Virus record (IMG/VR): IMGVR_UViG_3300011701_000001
Coordinates: 33,815 to 97,814 of that record
Source: a virus
Lineage: Duplodnaviria > Caudoviricetes
Reading direction: 5' to 3' (one strand)
DNA length: 64,000 nucleotides
A program made the position numbers and the translations under genes. The notes beneath the pieces are model-generated. The model did not search any database and was not told the DNA's origin. It saw only the letters and a list, made by a program, of their open reading frames with translations. Shown in pieces: positions 55,647-64,000 of the stretch; the first letter of the stretch is position 1; each line of letters opens with the position of its first letter.

Positions 55647-55865
55647 TTATTTTAAATATTCTTTTAGCTTCTCTAACCCACCTAGATGTTCACCATCTAA
55701 GTAGATCAAAGGAAACTCTCGTTGACCGTTAGCAAGCTCTTTAGCTTTATCTAAATCATAATCAACACCAAGTTTTAATACTTCATGTTCAGCACCTTTC
55801 ATCTTTAGCAGCATAATTACTTGGCTACATTTAGCACAAGAGTCTTTAGAGTATACAGTAATCAT
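55647..55865 (-). CDS. nrdC: glutaredoxin
   Basis: VYSK..CAKC, FP.I..DG..LGG; follows nrdB. Confidence 0.85.
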   Translation of the reverse strand: MITVYSKDSCAKCSQVIMLLKMKGAEHEVLKLGVDYDLDKAKELANGQREFPLIYLDGEHLGGLEKLKEYLK

Positions 55866-55874
55866 TTCTTCTCC

Positions 55875-56981
55875 TTAGTATTTAAAAATAATATCTTCAT
55901 CATCAACTTCCACAGCATTAACCTTGTAAGCAGGGTTATCCTGTTCTTGTGGAGCAGATTGTTGTTTGTTCATGTTAATCCAATCCTCTAAAATAGGCAT
56001 AGGATTGTTCTTCGGGAAAGTATATTTCGTTTTCAACCCTAAAGTGTTTGCAACAGCTTTTGCATTAAACAAGCACCATTGAGTCATTAACTTAGAGTTT
56101 GTACCAACTAGGGTTCGAGTATCGTTCTTAAACAAATCCTCAATAGTCCAACGAATTTCACTATCTACAACATTTTCCAAAATTTCAACAAGCTTTGGTT
56201 TAACTTTTTCAAAAACTTCTTTGCCATATGGTGTTGAAATAATCTCTAGAACAACCTCTTTGCGAAATTCAGAATGAACTTCAAACTCATCCTGACAAAT
56301 CTTTTTAACAGCCTGCCCGATAGCCTGATACCATCCAGACTGAGCAATAACAAATGTAGTTCCAAAACTATCCATAAATTGAACACGCTCTAAGCACCAC
56401 ATTGTAAAGTAAAAGACTAACATATCTTCTACCCAATCTTTCTCAGTAACTTCATAACCCTCAAACTCTTTCTTCCAAGCTAGTTTCAGTGAGTTTTGTT
56501 TTAACTGTTTTAACACACTACCAACAACATTGAGTCTTCGATGAGCTTCTGTTTTTTCAAGCATATTCTTAAGAACATCTTGAGGTACTGGAAAACCCAT
56601 ACGAACAATCTCAGAGTAAGTGTTACCATGAATACTCTCATTATCGTTAATACGAAGCTCCGCTTCCCAAAGTTCTGTACAAGGCTCGTATGGTGCTACA
56701 AGAACAGCAGGGCATTGTGATGCAACGCTATCACTCTCCCACTGCCACATAATAGTTTCCACCATCATATCTGTAACATCTTTCGGGGCTTTATCAAAGT
56801 CGATCAAACATTGTGAGAAATCAAACTCGTTTTCCTCCCAGTCAAGAGCTTTCATTTCCTTGTACAACGAGAACAACTTGGGAAACTTCTTATTTACAGT
56901 ATCAAGTAAACCAACATCACCGTTACCAAACAAAGTTACATCACTATATTGTTCAGCAGTTTTTTCTGTATTAAAAATCAT
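55875..56981 (-). CDS. nrdB: ribonucleotide reductase class Ia beta subunit
   Basis: DSVA, ESIH..TY, LERVQF..SF, I.QDE..H, APQE. Confidence 0.93.
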   Translation of the reverse strand: MIFNTEKTAEQYSDVTLFGNGDVGLLDTVNKKFPKLFSLYKEMKALDWEENEFDFSQCLIDFDKAPKDVTDMMVETIMWQWESDSVASQCPAVLVAPYEPCTELWEAELRINDNESIHGNTYSEIVRMGFPVPQDVLKNMLEKTEAHRRLNVVGSVLKQLKQNSLKLAWKKEFEGYEVTEKDWVEDMLVFYFTMWCLERVQFMDSFGTTFVIAQSGWYQAIGQAVKKICQDEFEVHSEFRKEVVLEIISTPYGKEVFEKVKPKLVEILENVVDSEIRWTIEDLFKNDTRTLVGTNSKLMTQWCLFNAKAVANTLGLKTKYTFPKNNPMPILEDWINMNKQQSAPQEQDNPAYKVNAVEVDDEDIIFKY

Positions 56982-56995
56982 TTAACATCCTTAAT

Positions 56996-57018
56996 AAAAG
57001 GAGGTCTTTCAACCTCCC
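56996..57018 (-). terminator. intrinsic terminator between nrdA and nrdB
   Basis: GGGAGG-TTGAAAGA-CCTCCC then TTTT. Confidence 0.6.
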
Positions 57019-57028
57019 AAGTTCTAAA

Positions 57029-59386
57029 TTACAGGCGACAACCTTCACATTCTGAATTGGAATCTGGTTGCCATTCTGTGTCAACATTATCTAAAACTTC
57101 AACGTTTAAGTCAACACCTTTAGCTGTTAATGTATTCACATAATAACGAGTTTTAACACCATAGTAGTTCCAAGCAAACCATCCTCGCATCAACTCAGAA
57201 GATTTAATCTTGTCACTCCCTTGAACCTTAAACCATTGATCAGCAGAGATAGCTTGATCTGTCCACTTCTGAATAATACCATAGACTTTAGCCATGTCTT
57301 CAACATCAATCTCATAAGCATTTTGATAAAACTTACCAAGCTTATCTGACTCAGGAACAACATACTTAACAGTGTTGGTGTCGTTTGATTTGTTTAAGTC
57401 TAAGTCTCGAATAGGGTAAACTCCATTTGTAGAGCCAGACTTGATTGAAGAGCTTTCTGCTGGCATATGTGCAGCTAGAACAGAAAAAGCATGTCCACCA
57501 TTTTCAACCAACTCTTTACGAACACTTTCCCAATCATATTGCAAACCAACCGTAACAACCTCGTCAACATTTCGATTGTAAGTGTCTAGAGGTAACCACC
57601 CTTCAACCCACTTAGTACGATCCATCCACTCAGCAACACCAAACTCTTTAGACAACTTAATAGAAGCGTTTAGTAGATGCCAATAGTGTGATTCAGCTAC
57701 TTTATGGATTAAATCACGACCTTCTTGAGAGTCATAAGTTAGTTTATATTTTGCCATAAGGTGTGCTAGATCAACAATACCGACACCAGCAGACATACGC
57801 TTCTTAGCTGTATATTCAATATGAGGTAACGGGTATTCACTTTCTGTAATACCTGTATAAATCATATCAAGCGCAACGTAAGCAGCTTCAGCGTACTCAG
57901 CATCCCATTCAGGTGAACCAACCTTACCTTTGATCTTACCAACATTGATTCCAGCAAGGGAGCAAACTGCAACTTCACCCTTAACACTTTCGTTAAGTTT
58001 TGAGAAATGTTCTCGAACATTTTCAGGTAAACTTAAATCTTTAACATGTCGGTAGTAGTACAACTCCTCAACACTGTCGTAATGATGCGTAGGTAATGCT
58101 ATTTCTTGGCATAAATTTGATAATAAAATCAAAGACTTAAAAGGCGTATGATAGTTCTTTTCCCATAAATTTGTCTGGTAAATACGACCAACACCCACAC
58201 TCTCTGTTAAAGCTTTACGTAATAAATCACGAGCCTTCACAACCTTACGACTTTTACCAGAAGTTACAGCTTCATTATAAAGCCTTTCAAACGTTCCATC
58301 TGTTTTGTAAATCGCTTCATAAAGATCAGGACAATCAGCCAAACTAAACAAATTCCAATCTTCGTTCTTAGCTGCCTTCTCAACAAACAACTTTGTATAA
58401 CAAAAAGCATAGTCCAAACCACGAATCTGACGAGCAGATGGAGTCATAGGGTTCTTGAGAACTAATATTTCCTCTGCTTCTGGATCAATACAATCAAACG
58501 ACTGTGTTTCTGCTCCACCACGACCATTCTGTAGGTTAGCATTAATCATCGCTACTTCTGCACGATAGTAAGGTTTTTTACCTTGATGTGGAATACTACC
58601 ACCACGAACAGGATCATTAACAGTACGAGTACGAATTTTATTTCCTTGTCCAGCACTGTTAACCGTCATCATGTAAGAGATGTGATTACCAGTAGCCAAA
58701 CTTGGAACTTTATCGTAAGCATCGTGAACACAACAAGAAGCTAATCCAAGCTTATCTGTACCACTGTTCATATAGTAAGGAGATGGAACATTTAAAACAT
58801 CATTACTGTACTGTTTATAATGACGAGATATACGCTCAATACGGTTCTTTCGATTCTTACACATCTCCATAGCGACACGCATCATACCAAACTGAGGTGT
58901 CTCATACATAATACCTTTTGCTCGATCTCGAAGAGAGTATTTCTCCATCGCTTGTTCGATTTGGTAATGTGCATAATTTAAATCTTGCTTATGATTAATA
59001 ATGGATTCAAGCTGCATGTACTCTTCATCAGAAAAGGAGTTTAAGAGTTTTTCAGACATTAATCCAACGGATGTCAGTTTTGTAAAAACCTCTTTAATTG
59101 TTGGAATTTTATCATCGTACAACTCTTTGTATAGCTTAGACACGTACAGACGACCAGCCATTCGATTGTAGGCAAAAGACCGCTTAGTCAAACAAAAATC
59201 AATGAGGGCGTTATGTAACTCGACTGATGTAGTCTTTTGGTTTAATGTTGAAGCAACATGTAAAACCACTTCAGACCAATCTACATAACTACCCAATGAT
59301 TTTGAAGCCCACTCTCCCCAACCATTCAACTTACGAGGATCAAATTCCTCGACATCTCCATTACGTTTTACAATATGTTCAATCAA
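57029..59386 (-). CDS. nrdA: ribonucleotide reductase class Ia alpha subunit
   Basis: ATP-cone-like IVKRNG, ASC, SNLCQEI, MPAESSS, KTRYY, C-terminal CEGC; TTG start refined. Confidence 0.95.
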   Translation of the reverse strand: MIEHIVKRNGDVEEFDPRKLNGWGEWASKSLGSYVDWSEVVLHVASTLNQKTTSVELHNALIDFCLTKRSFAYNRMAGRLYVSKLYKELYDDKIPTIKEVFTKLTSVGLMSEKLLNSFSDEEYMQLESIINHKQDLNYAHYQIEQAMEKYSLRDRAKGIMYETPQFGMMRVAMEMCKNRKNRIERISRHYKQYSNDVLNVPSPYYMNSGTDKLGLASCCVHDAYDKVPSLATGNHISYMMTVNSAGQGNKIRTRTVNDPVRGGSIPHQGKKPYYRAEVAMINANLQNGRGGAETQSFDCIDPEAEEILVLKNPMTPSARQIRGLDYAFCYTKLFVEKAAKNEDWNLFSLADCPDLYEAIYKTDGTFERLYNEAVTSGKSRKVVKARDLLRKALTESVGVGRIYQTNLWEKNYHTPFKSLILLSNLCQEIALPTHHYDSVEELYYYRHVKDLSLPENVREHFSKLNESVKGEVAVCSLAGINVGKIKGKVGSPEWDAEYAEAAYVALDMIYTGITESEYPLPHIEYTAKKRMSAGVGIVDLAHLMAKYKLTYDSQEGRDLIHKVAESHYWHLLNASIKLSKEFGVAEWMDRTKWVEGWLPLDTYNRNVDEVVTVGLQYDWESVRKELVENGGHAFSVLAAHMPAESSSIKSGSTNGVYPIRDLDLNKSNDTNTVKYVVPESDKLGKFYQNAYEIDVEDMAKVYGIIQKWTDQAISADQWFKVQGSDKIKSSELMRGWFAWNYYGVKTRYYVNTLTAKGVDLNVEVLDNVDTEWQPDSNSECEGCRL

Positions 59387-59387
59387 C

Positions 59388-59669
59388 TCACTTCTTCCCT
59401 TTAAAATCTTTAACAACATCACTAATCAAATCAATAGCTCCAAATACAACAGTCTTCATAAACCAGAAGAATAACTGCCACAAGTGAACTACAGGAGAAA
59501 TAATAGCTGCAATTAAATTGCAAATCAAGTAGTTTTTTAAATATTGCTCAGGTAATTTATCACCATAATCTTCTTCCAACCCTTCTAAGTTATTCCGTAC
59601 AGAGTCATTTAACATGTAAAACCAGAATCCACTATACAATATCCACAACAAACCAATAATATAAATCAT
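59388..59669 (-). CDS. membrane protein
   Basis: Two hydrophobic segments; SD AAGGA. Confidence 0.6.
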   Translation of the reverse strand: MIYIIGLLWILYSGFWFYMLNDSVRNNLEGLEEDYGDKLPEQYLKNYLICNLIAAIISPVVHLWQLFFWFMKTVVFGAIDLISDVVKDFKGKK

Positions 59670-59753
59670 ATTTATCCTTTACGAATTTTAAGAAGTAAAA
59701 CCCTTTATAGGTCTTATTCAGAAAGACCTTTTATAAAATAGAAAAGGGTGCTG

Positions 59754-60128
59754 TTAAACACCCTTATAAAGCCCCCACGTCTCTGTAGACATCATTCCCG
59801 TGTCGTACCAGCCTTTATCAATACGTTCTGCACCAATGTACCTATCCATTCGTACAACCTCACCAGTGAGCTTAGAACGATGCGTACAGTGATGTGCTGA
59901 GTACCAATGGAAGACTTTATTACCTTCATCGTCATAGTTTTCAAACATCACCACTTCTTTATCAAACCCAAAGTATGTGTGTAAGATATACTCTAACAAC
60001 TCAATACTATCTTTAGGGTGTGGTAATAGTCCAAACTCTTCCATTTCATTAGCAATCATCATCACATCATGTAAACTTGCTACAGCATCAAAGTATTTTC
60101 TAAATCCAGAAAACTTACTATTACTCAT
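59754..60128 (-). CDS. hypothetical protein
   Basis: HRS......Y.G.ER.D..W motif; coupled. Confidence 0.6.
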   Translation of the reverse strand: MSNSKFSGFRKYFDAVASLHDVMMIANEMEEFGLLPHPKDSIELLEYILHTYFGFDKEVVMFENYDDEGNKVFHWYSAHHCTHRSKLTGEVVRMDRYIGAERIDKGWYDTGMMSTETWGLYKGV

Positions 60129-60810
60129 TATCTTTTAAAACCTCCTTGTCATCGTAACTACTGTCACGGATATTTTGTTCTTCAACCAAACCTGTTAAAT
60201 CTACCACTGGGAAACCGTATTTCTTACGAACCTTACCACTCTCATTAACAAAACAATAGTAAGTTACACCGTCAACTGTTTGTTCACTAGGTTTTAAAAA
60301 CTCCCCGATAGGAGAAACCCACGTATCAAACTCTTGTTTATCAGTTGTAAACTTTAACATGTTATTCTCAACAACTAAATCTGTTGCTTTGATAATAATA
60401 TCTAAGTCAAAGTGAGTGTACATACTCTCAAAGAACAAACCAATCTGTGACATCAAGAATTGTAAACGATCATGATTAATGTCTAACTCAGTTAAGAATT
60501 GCTCATCACACACTTTAAGTTGATATTGTAAATAAGATATGGTAAACAAAACATCTGCAATAGCATCCAATTCTTCAATCTGATCCTTAGCAAAGAATAC
60601 AGCATACTCTTTAATAAGCTCTTCAGACACAATATCAATTTGTAAATCAATACGTGAAGCTTTATCTTCTTCGCTTAAGGTTTTAAAATCACCACCAACT
60701 AGTTTGTTAAACAACACAACTTTAGGTGTTAAAACTTCGTAGTAATAATCACGAAAGGTGTCATTGATAACAACTTCTTCATCTTTCTCTGTATTCAAAA
60801 TATTCTCCAA
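60121..60810 (-). CDS. NTP pyrophosphohydrolase (MazG-like all-alpha) family protein
   Basis: EEL..E, ELDAIADVLF, V.ENN..KF, GKVRK. Confidence 0.7.
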   Translation of the reverse strand: MENILNTEKDEEVVINDTFRDYYYEVLTPKVVLFNKLVGGDFKTLSEEDKASRIDLQIDIVSEELIKEYAVFFAKDQIEELDAIADVLFTISYLQYQLKVCDEQFLTELDINHDRLQFLMSQIGLFFESMYTHFDLDIIIKATDLVVENNMLKFTTDKQEFDTWVSPIGEFLKPSEQTVDGVTYYCFVNESGKVRKKYGFPVVDLTGLVEEQNIRDSSYDDKEVLKDNE

Positions 60811-60811
60811 T

Positions 60812-61135
60812 TTAATAATCTTTTAACTTGTATAACGATTCTGCAATCCTATCAGCCTTATCACCTGTGAAATGGAAAGTCAGAGTATGCTCTAGAAACT
60901 TAACCGTGAAGCTTAATTCTTGATGCTTAGGCATCACAGCTCCAGTAGTATTGTAAATGTGATTAAAACAACGTGTAGTCAATCCATAATTACTATCGTA
61001 ATCAACCTCAAGTAAACTATCAGGAGTGATTCGTAATAATACCCCATTATCGTCAATCAGGTCTACACTTTCTAACTTTGTTTTAGGGTTTTCAATAATA
61101 CGCATTAAACAATCTCCAAGTGGTAATGATGCCAT
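60812..61135 (-). CDS. hypothetical protein
   Basis: ORF in gene run. Confidence 0.55.
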   Translation of the reverse strand: MASLPLGDCLMRIIENPKTKLESVDLIDDNGVLLRITPDSLLEVDYDSNYGLTTRCFNHIYNTTGAVMPKHQELSFTVKFLEHTLTFHFTGDKADRIAESLYKLKDY

Positions 61136-61305
61136 TCACCTTCAACGACACCATTTGAAAGTAATTCAGAAACTAAATCTTCATTTTCTTCCCAACCTAA
61201 ATATACAATAACATCTGATAAAGAATTAAGCTTTACAACATCTGAGCCATTCTCATCAAAATCAGCAATAAATAAAATATACATTAAACAACTCCTTAAT
61301 ACCAC
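61105..61305 (-). CDS. hypothetical protein
   Basis: Probable start MYILF after AAGGAG. Confidence 0.5.
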   Translation of the reverse strand: MVLRSCLMYILFIADFDENGSDVVKLNSLSDVIVYLGWEENEDLVSELLSNGVVEGEWHHYHLEIV

Positions 61306-61309
61306 TTAA

Positions 61310-62320
61310 TTAAGCGTGGTATTTTTCCTTCATATAATCCAAACTTACAAACATAGGGACAGCAAACCCATCGTCAACCTCGTGAAGAACTGTGAGTCCT
61401 CTGAAGTGATTGTTACCTTGATAACCCTTATAACCTTCTGGGAAATCGTAGCAAGCACCATTAACAATACCTAACTGCTGTTTACCATCAATTGTAGGGC
61501 GAATTGCTATATCAAGACATTGTTTGTGTCCTACAACAAAAGAACGACCAACAGTTTTTAGGATATTCAAAGCACTACCGCTGTAAGGTTTACCTGTAAA
61601 TGGGTTAGCAAGGTAATGGACAAAGAAAATTCCATTAATTTCAATTGGTTTTAAGAAAGGTACAACTTCCCAACCATACTTTAAAAATGGAAGTTTCTCA
61701 ACACCCAGCGTACCAATCAGCTCAGGATTATCATCCACATATCGGTCTAAACGATGTTCATGGTTTCCTAGACAGAAAACTTTACGAGGATGGTAATAAG
61801 GGTCTTGTTTGATAAACTTGTTTAAGTATTCAAAACCACGATTACCAGCTTCAATGTCGTTATTAAGTCTACGACCTTCTGAACTTGATTTACCTTTGTC
61901 ATAAGATGATAGACTAGGGAAATCGTAATGATCACCGATATGAACAATAATATCAGGCTTCTTATCAGCAATATATTTACCAACCCAAAGCATGTAATCT
62001 AAACCTTCTTCACTCTTGCATTGAGTGTCAGCAATAACCAAGATTGTAGGCTTCTTCTTGATATTACTTAAAGACTTATTTACAACAAGTTCAATTTGTT
62101 CATCACAACCCCAAACGCTTTCAGGATGTTTAACATCATCCCCAACAACATTCAAAGTATCATATCGTTTGAAGAAATCATTCACTGATGATTTAGCACT
62201 CTTACGATCTAACAACTTCTCTGCAATATGACGAGAGCTGAAACCTTGCTCCCTCATCTCTAAGGCTCGTTTATGCCACTCTTTAAGTTCCAAATTATTC
62301 TCCATTCTCAAATACATCAA
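61310..62320 (-). CDS. calcineurin-like metallophosphoesterase with N-terminal HTH
   Basis: ADTQ, GDH.D, GNHE, FVH, GH.Q; GFSSRHIAEKL HTH-like. Confidence 0.85.
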   Translation of the reverse strand: MMYLRMENNLELKEWHKRALEMREQGFSSRHIAEKLLDRKSAKSSVNDFFKRYDTLNVVGDDVKHPESVWGCDEQIELVVNKSLSNIKKKPTILVIADTQCKSEEGLDYMLWVGKYIADKKPDIIVHIGDHYDFPSLSSYDKGKSSSEGRRLNNDIEAGNRGFEYLNKFIKQDPYYHPRKVFCLGNHEHRLDRYVDDNPELIGTLGVEKLPFLKYGWEVVPFLKPIEINGIFFVHYLANPFTGKPYSGSALNILKTVGRSFVVGHKQCLDIAIRPTIDGKQQLGIVNGACYDFPEGYKGYQGNNHFRGLTVLHEVDDGFAVPMFVSLDYMKEKYHA

Positions 62321-62460
62321 CTGACTCTACAGAGAAACCAATATCAGCTTCATCTCTTAGTAATTCGATTGCAATATTCTTAGCTTCAACTTTGTTCTCA
62401 GCCTGAACATCAATGTGATAAGAGCCACTATAGTACAAACTTACTGAAAATACTTTTTCT

Positions 62461-63078
62461 TCACTCATTCTTACTCTCCAACAATAATTTATATAACAAC
62501 TCTTCCTGACCTTTCTTGGTCTTAGGTATAGGGACAGAGTTTACATTAAGGGAATGGATGGTGTCAATAACTGATTCGTATTTTTTAATACGACCAAGCT
62601 CCCTAATGCACCAAGCTTCATGTTGTGTTAGCGATGGATTCATCTCAATTTGTGTTTTCAGAGAGTGGCATCCGATACTGACTATGTATTTCTTCTTATT
62701 ACGAATACGAGAAGTATCAGCACACAACCATTGTAGATTGTTTTTAGAAGTAAATAAGATTGCTTTCATAAAGGATTCTGCTTCAGAAAGGTCTTTACAA
62801 CTATTACTCCCTTCAATATGATCTAATTGGATGTTAGAAGGAGAAAATACACCACCACACTTCACACAATTAATTCTATCAACTAAAGGGTATCTCTTCA
62901 TACTCTTAGGGTTATCATTAACAATCTTATACTTGGCTTCATCTTCCATCTTGCGTTTGAATGGACTATTTCCCCACATTTGTCTAATAGCACTACGCCA
63001 CCAGTTAGCAACTTGTTTTTCAGACAACCCATACTCTTGAGCCATAAATTTAAGTTCTTGCTCTAAATCAATACTCAC
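62461..63078 (-). CDS. HNH endonuclease
   Basis: RS.IR..W, CVKC, QLDHI, NLQ.LC...CH..KT. Confidence 0.75.
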   Translation of the reverse strand: MSIDLEQELKFMAQEYGLSEKQVANWWRSAIRQMWGNSPFKRKMEDEAKYKIVNDNPKSMKRYPLVDRINCVKCGGVFSPSNIQLDHIEGSNSCKDLSEAESFMKAILFTSKNNLQWLCADTSRIRNKKKYIVSIGCHSLKTQIEMNPSLTQHEAWCIRELGRIKKYESVIDTIHSLNVNSVPIPKTKKGQEELLYKLLLESKNE

Positions 63079-63425
63079 AATTCATCCTCTGGAACAAATC
63101 TTCCACCACCACATTTACAATCTTTACGGTGAACAACCTTCCACCAACTACCACAAATACAATCTTTCCAGACCATTTTAGGTGGAGGTGGGACAAAAGG
63201 TGGTCGTGATTCACCACTACCAACACTTCTAAGTGGTTCAGGCTTATATGGAGGAATATTACGAATCCGTTTCTTAATTAAATCCGTATCTACTTTCACC
63301 ACCTCTGATAACACCACAGGGTATTTAACATTCTGGATTAAAGTTAACTGTTCACGTAGCAGTTGTAAATCTTCTTCACTCAATGTCTCTGCATATCGCA
63401 ACACATCGTATTTATCAATACTCAT
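63075..63425 (-). CDS. hypothetical protein
   Basis: Pro-rich, C-terminal CxC..CxC. Confidence 0.55.
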   Translation of the reverse strand: MSIDKYDVLRYAETLSEEDLQLLREQLTLIQNVKYPVVLSEVVKVDTDLIKKRIRNIPPYKPEPLRSVGSGESRPPFVPPPPKMVWKDCICGSWWKVVHRKDCKCGGGRFVPEDEL

Positions 63426-63439
63426 AAGAATTCCTTAAA

Positions 63440-63640
63440 TCAATCATGTTTAGACACCAAACCACCGATGACTCTTGCACAACCACAACAAAATATAATA
63501 CTTTGACCACGATTGCGGAACGAATACGTGTAGATAATTTCATCCCCCTTAGTCAATTTAGTATCACAACCGCGACAAAACCCATCTCGTTGAATTGTGC
63601 GTTTCTCTATTTTATACCGATCATTAATACTCAACACCAT
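63440..63640 (-). CDS. small zinc-finger protein
   Basis: CRGC....KG, CCGC. Confidence 0.55.
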   Translation of the reverse strand: MVLSINDRYKIEKRTIQRDGFCRGCDTKLTKGDEIIYTYSFRNRGQSIIFCCGCARVIGGLVSKHD

Positions 63641-64000
63641 ACTCCTTTAGTAAGCTCTGGAATGTTGTGTTATCGTCATTATAAATACGCATATAACAAC
63701 AACTGAAATACAACTCTATAATTTCCAACCTAGTTTTCTTTTGTTCCACACCAAAGACATCGGCATATTCTACAACATCTGGTACTAAAGACTTCCATCG
63801 CTCTAGATATTTAATAAACAACTCTTGAATATCTTTTATGTCTTTAAACTCTTTATAAAAACTTTTCTCACCATAGCGTTTCTTAAAGAACTGTTTAGGA
63901 GTGTATGAGTCGGCAACATCACCCAACAAGAGCTGGAAAAGCAACCAAACCAAGCCACTACCCTTGATACCATACGAGGTTTCCCATAACTCACCAATAC
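63624..64000 (-). CDS. 5'-3' exonuclease (C-terminal part; start lies beyond window)
   Basis: Frame open to window end: IGEL..TSYGIKGSGL.WL..Q.L.GD.AD.Y, YGE. Confidence 0.75.
   Translation of the reverse strand, partial: IGELWETSYGIKGSGLVWLLFQLLLGDVADSYTPKQFFKKRYGEKSFYKEFKDIKDIQELFIKYLERWKSLVPDVVEYADVFGVEQKKTRLEIIELYFSCCYMRIYNDDNTTFQSLLKEYGVEY

Noticed and set aside
57029-59386. Intein or intron in nrdA (also checked thyA, terL, nrdB)
   Set aside because: All are continuous ORFs of normal length; only a short insertion after the NLCQEI motif of NrdA
1-64000. tRNA genes, CRISPR arrays, integrase, transposase
   Set aside because: No GGTTCGA T-loop cloverleaf, no regularly spaced repeat-spacer array and no recombinase motifs seen by eye; tRNAscan-SE/ARAGORN should confirm
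1-64000. Stop-codon reassignment
   Set aside because: Core genes are full length under the standard code and TAA, TAG and TGA all end genes

Overview
The window is 64 kb of an AT-rich lytic myovirus genome. The style of the small genes suggests an Acinetobacter phage of the roughly 100-kb class; this is an inference, not a database result. Layout: (1) 1-14231, minus strand: virion module with tail tube, two sheath paralogs, a collagen-like fibre, neck/adaptor genes, major capsid, decoration protein, S49 protease-scaffold, portal and terminase, then a SleB-type hydrolase, a degenerate second terminase ATPase domain and thioredoxin. (2) 14255-15271: a sigma70 promoter driving a switch-like 150-nt leader, a 32-aa membrane peptide and a densely base-paired ~700-nt non-coding RNA candidate. 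(3) 17230-32504, plus strand: SF2-like ATPase, a MazG-cupin plus SerRS-like ligase pair, GroES, a Gp49/Acb4-like protein, adenine MTase, PhoH, ClpP-like protease, nested spanins and an ART-like protein. (4) 32520-37330: a low-coding early block, probably the terminal repeat/host-takeover region. (5) 39080-47846, plus strand: Rnl2 RNA ligase, a second SF2-like paralog and an Srd/HNH-like protein. (6) 48054-64000, minus strand: DHFR, ThyA, glutaredoxin, NrdB, NrdA, NTP pyrophosphatase, metallophosphoesterase, HNH protein and a 5'-3' exonuclease. No tRNA, CRISPR array, integrase or transposase was seen. The strongest candidates for undescribed biology are the large structured RNA locus, the aaRS-like/MazG-cupin cassette, the catalytically dead terminase paralog, and a duplicated covarying hairpin element upstream of each helicase-like paralog.
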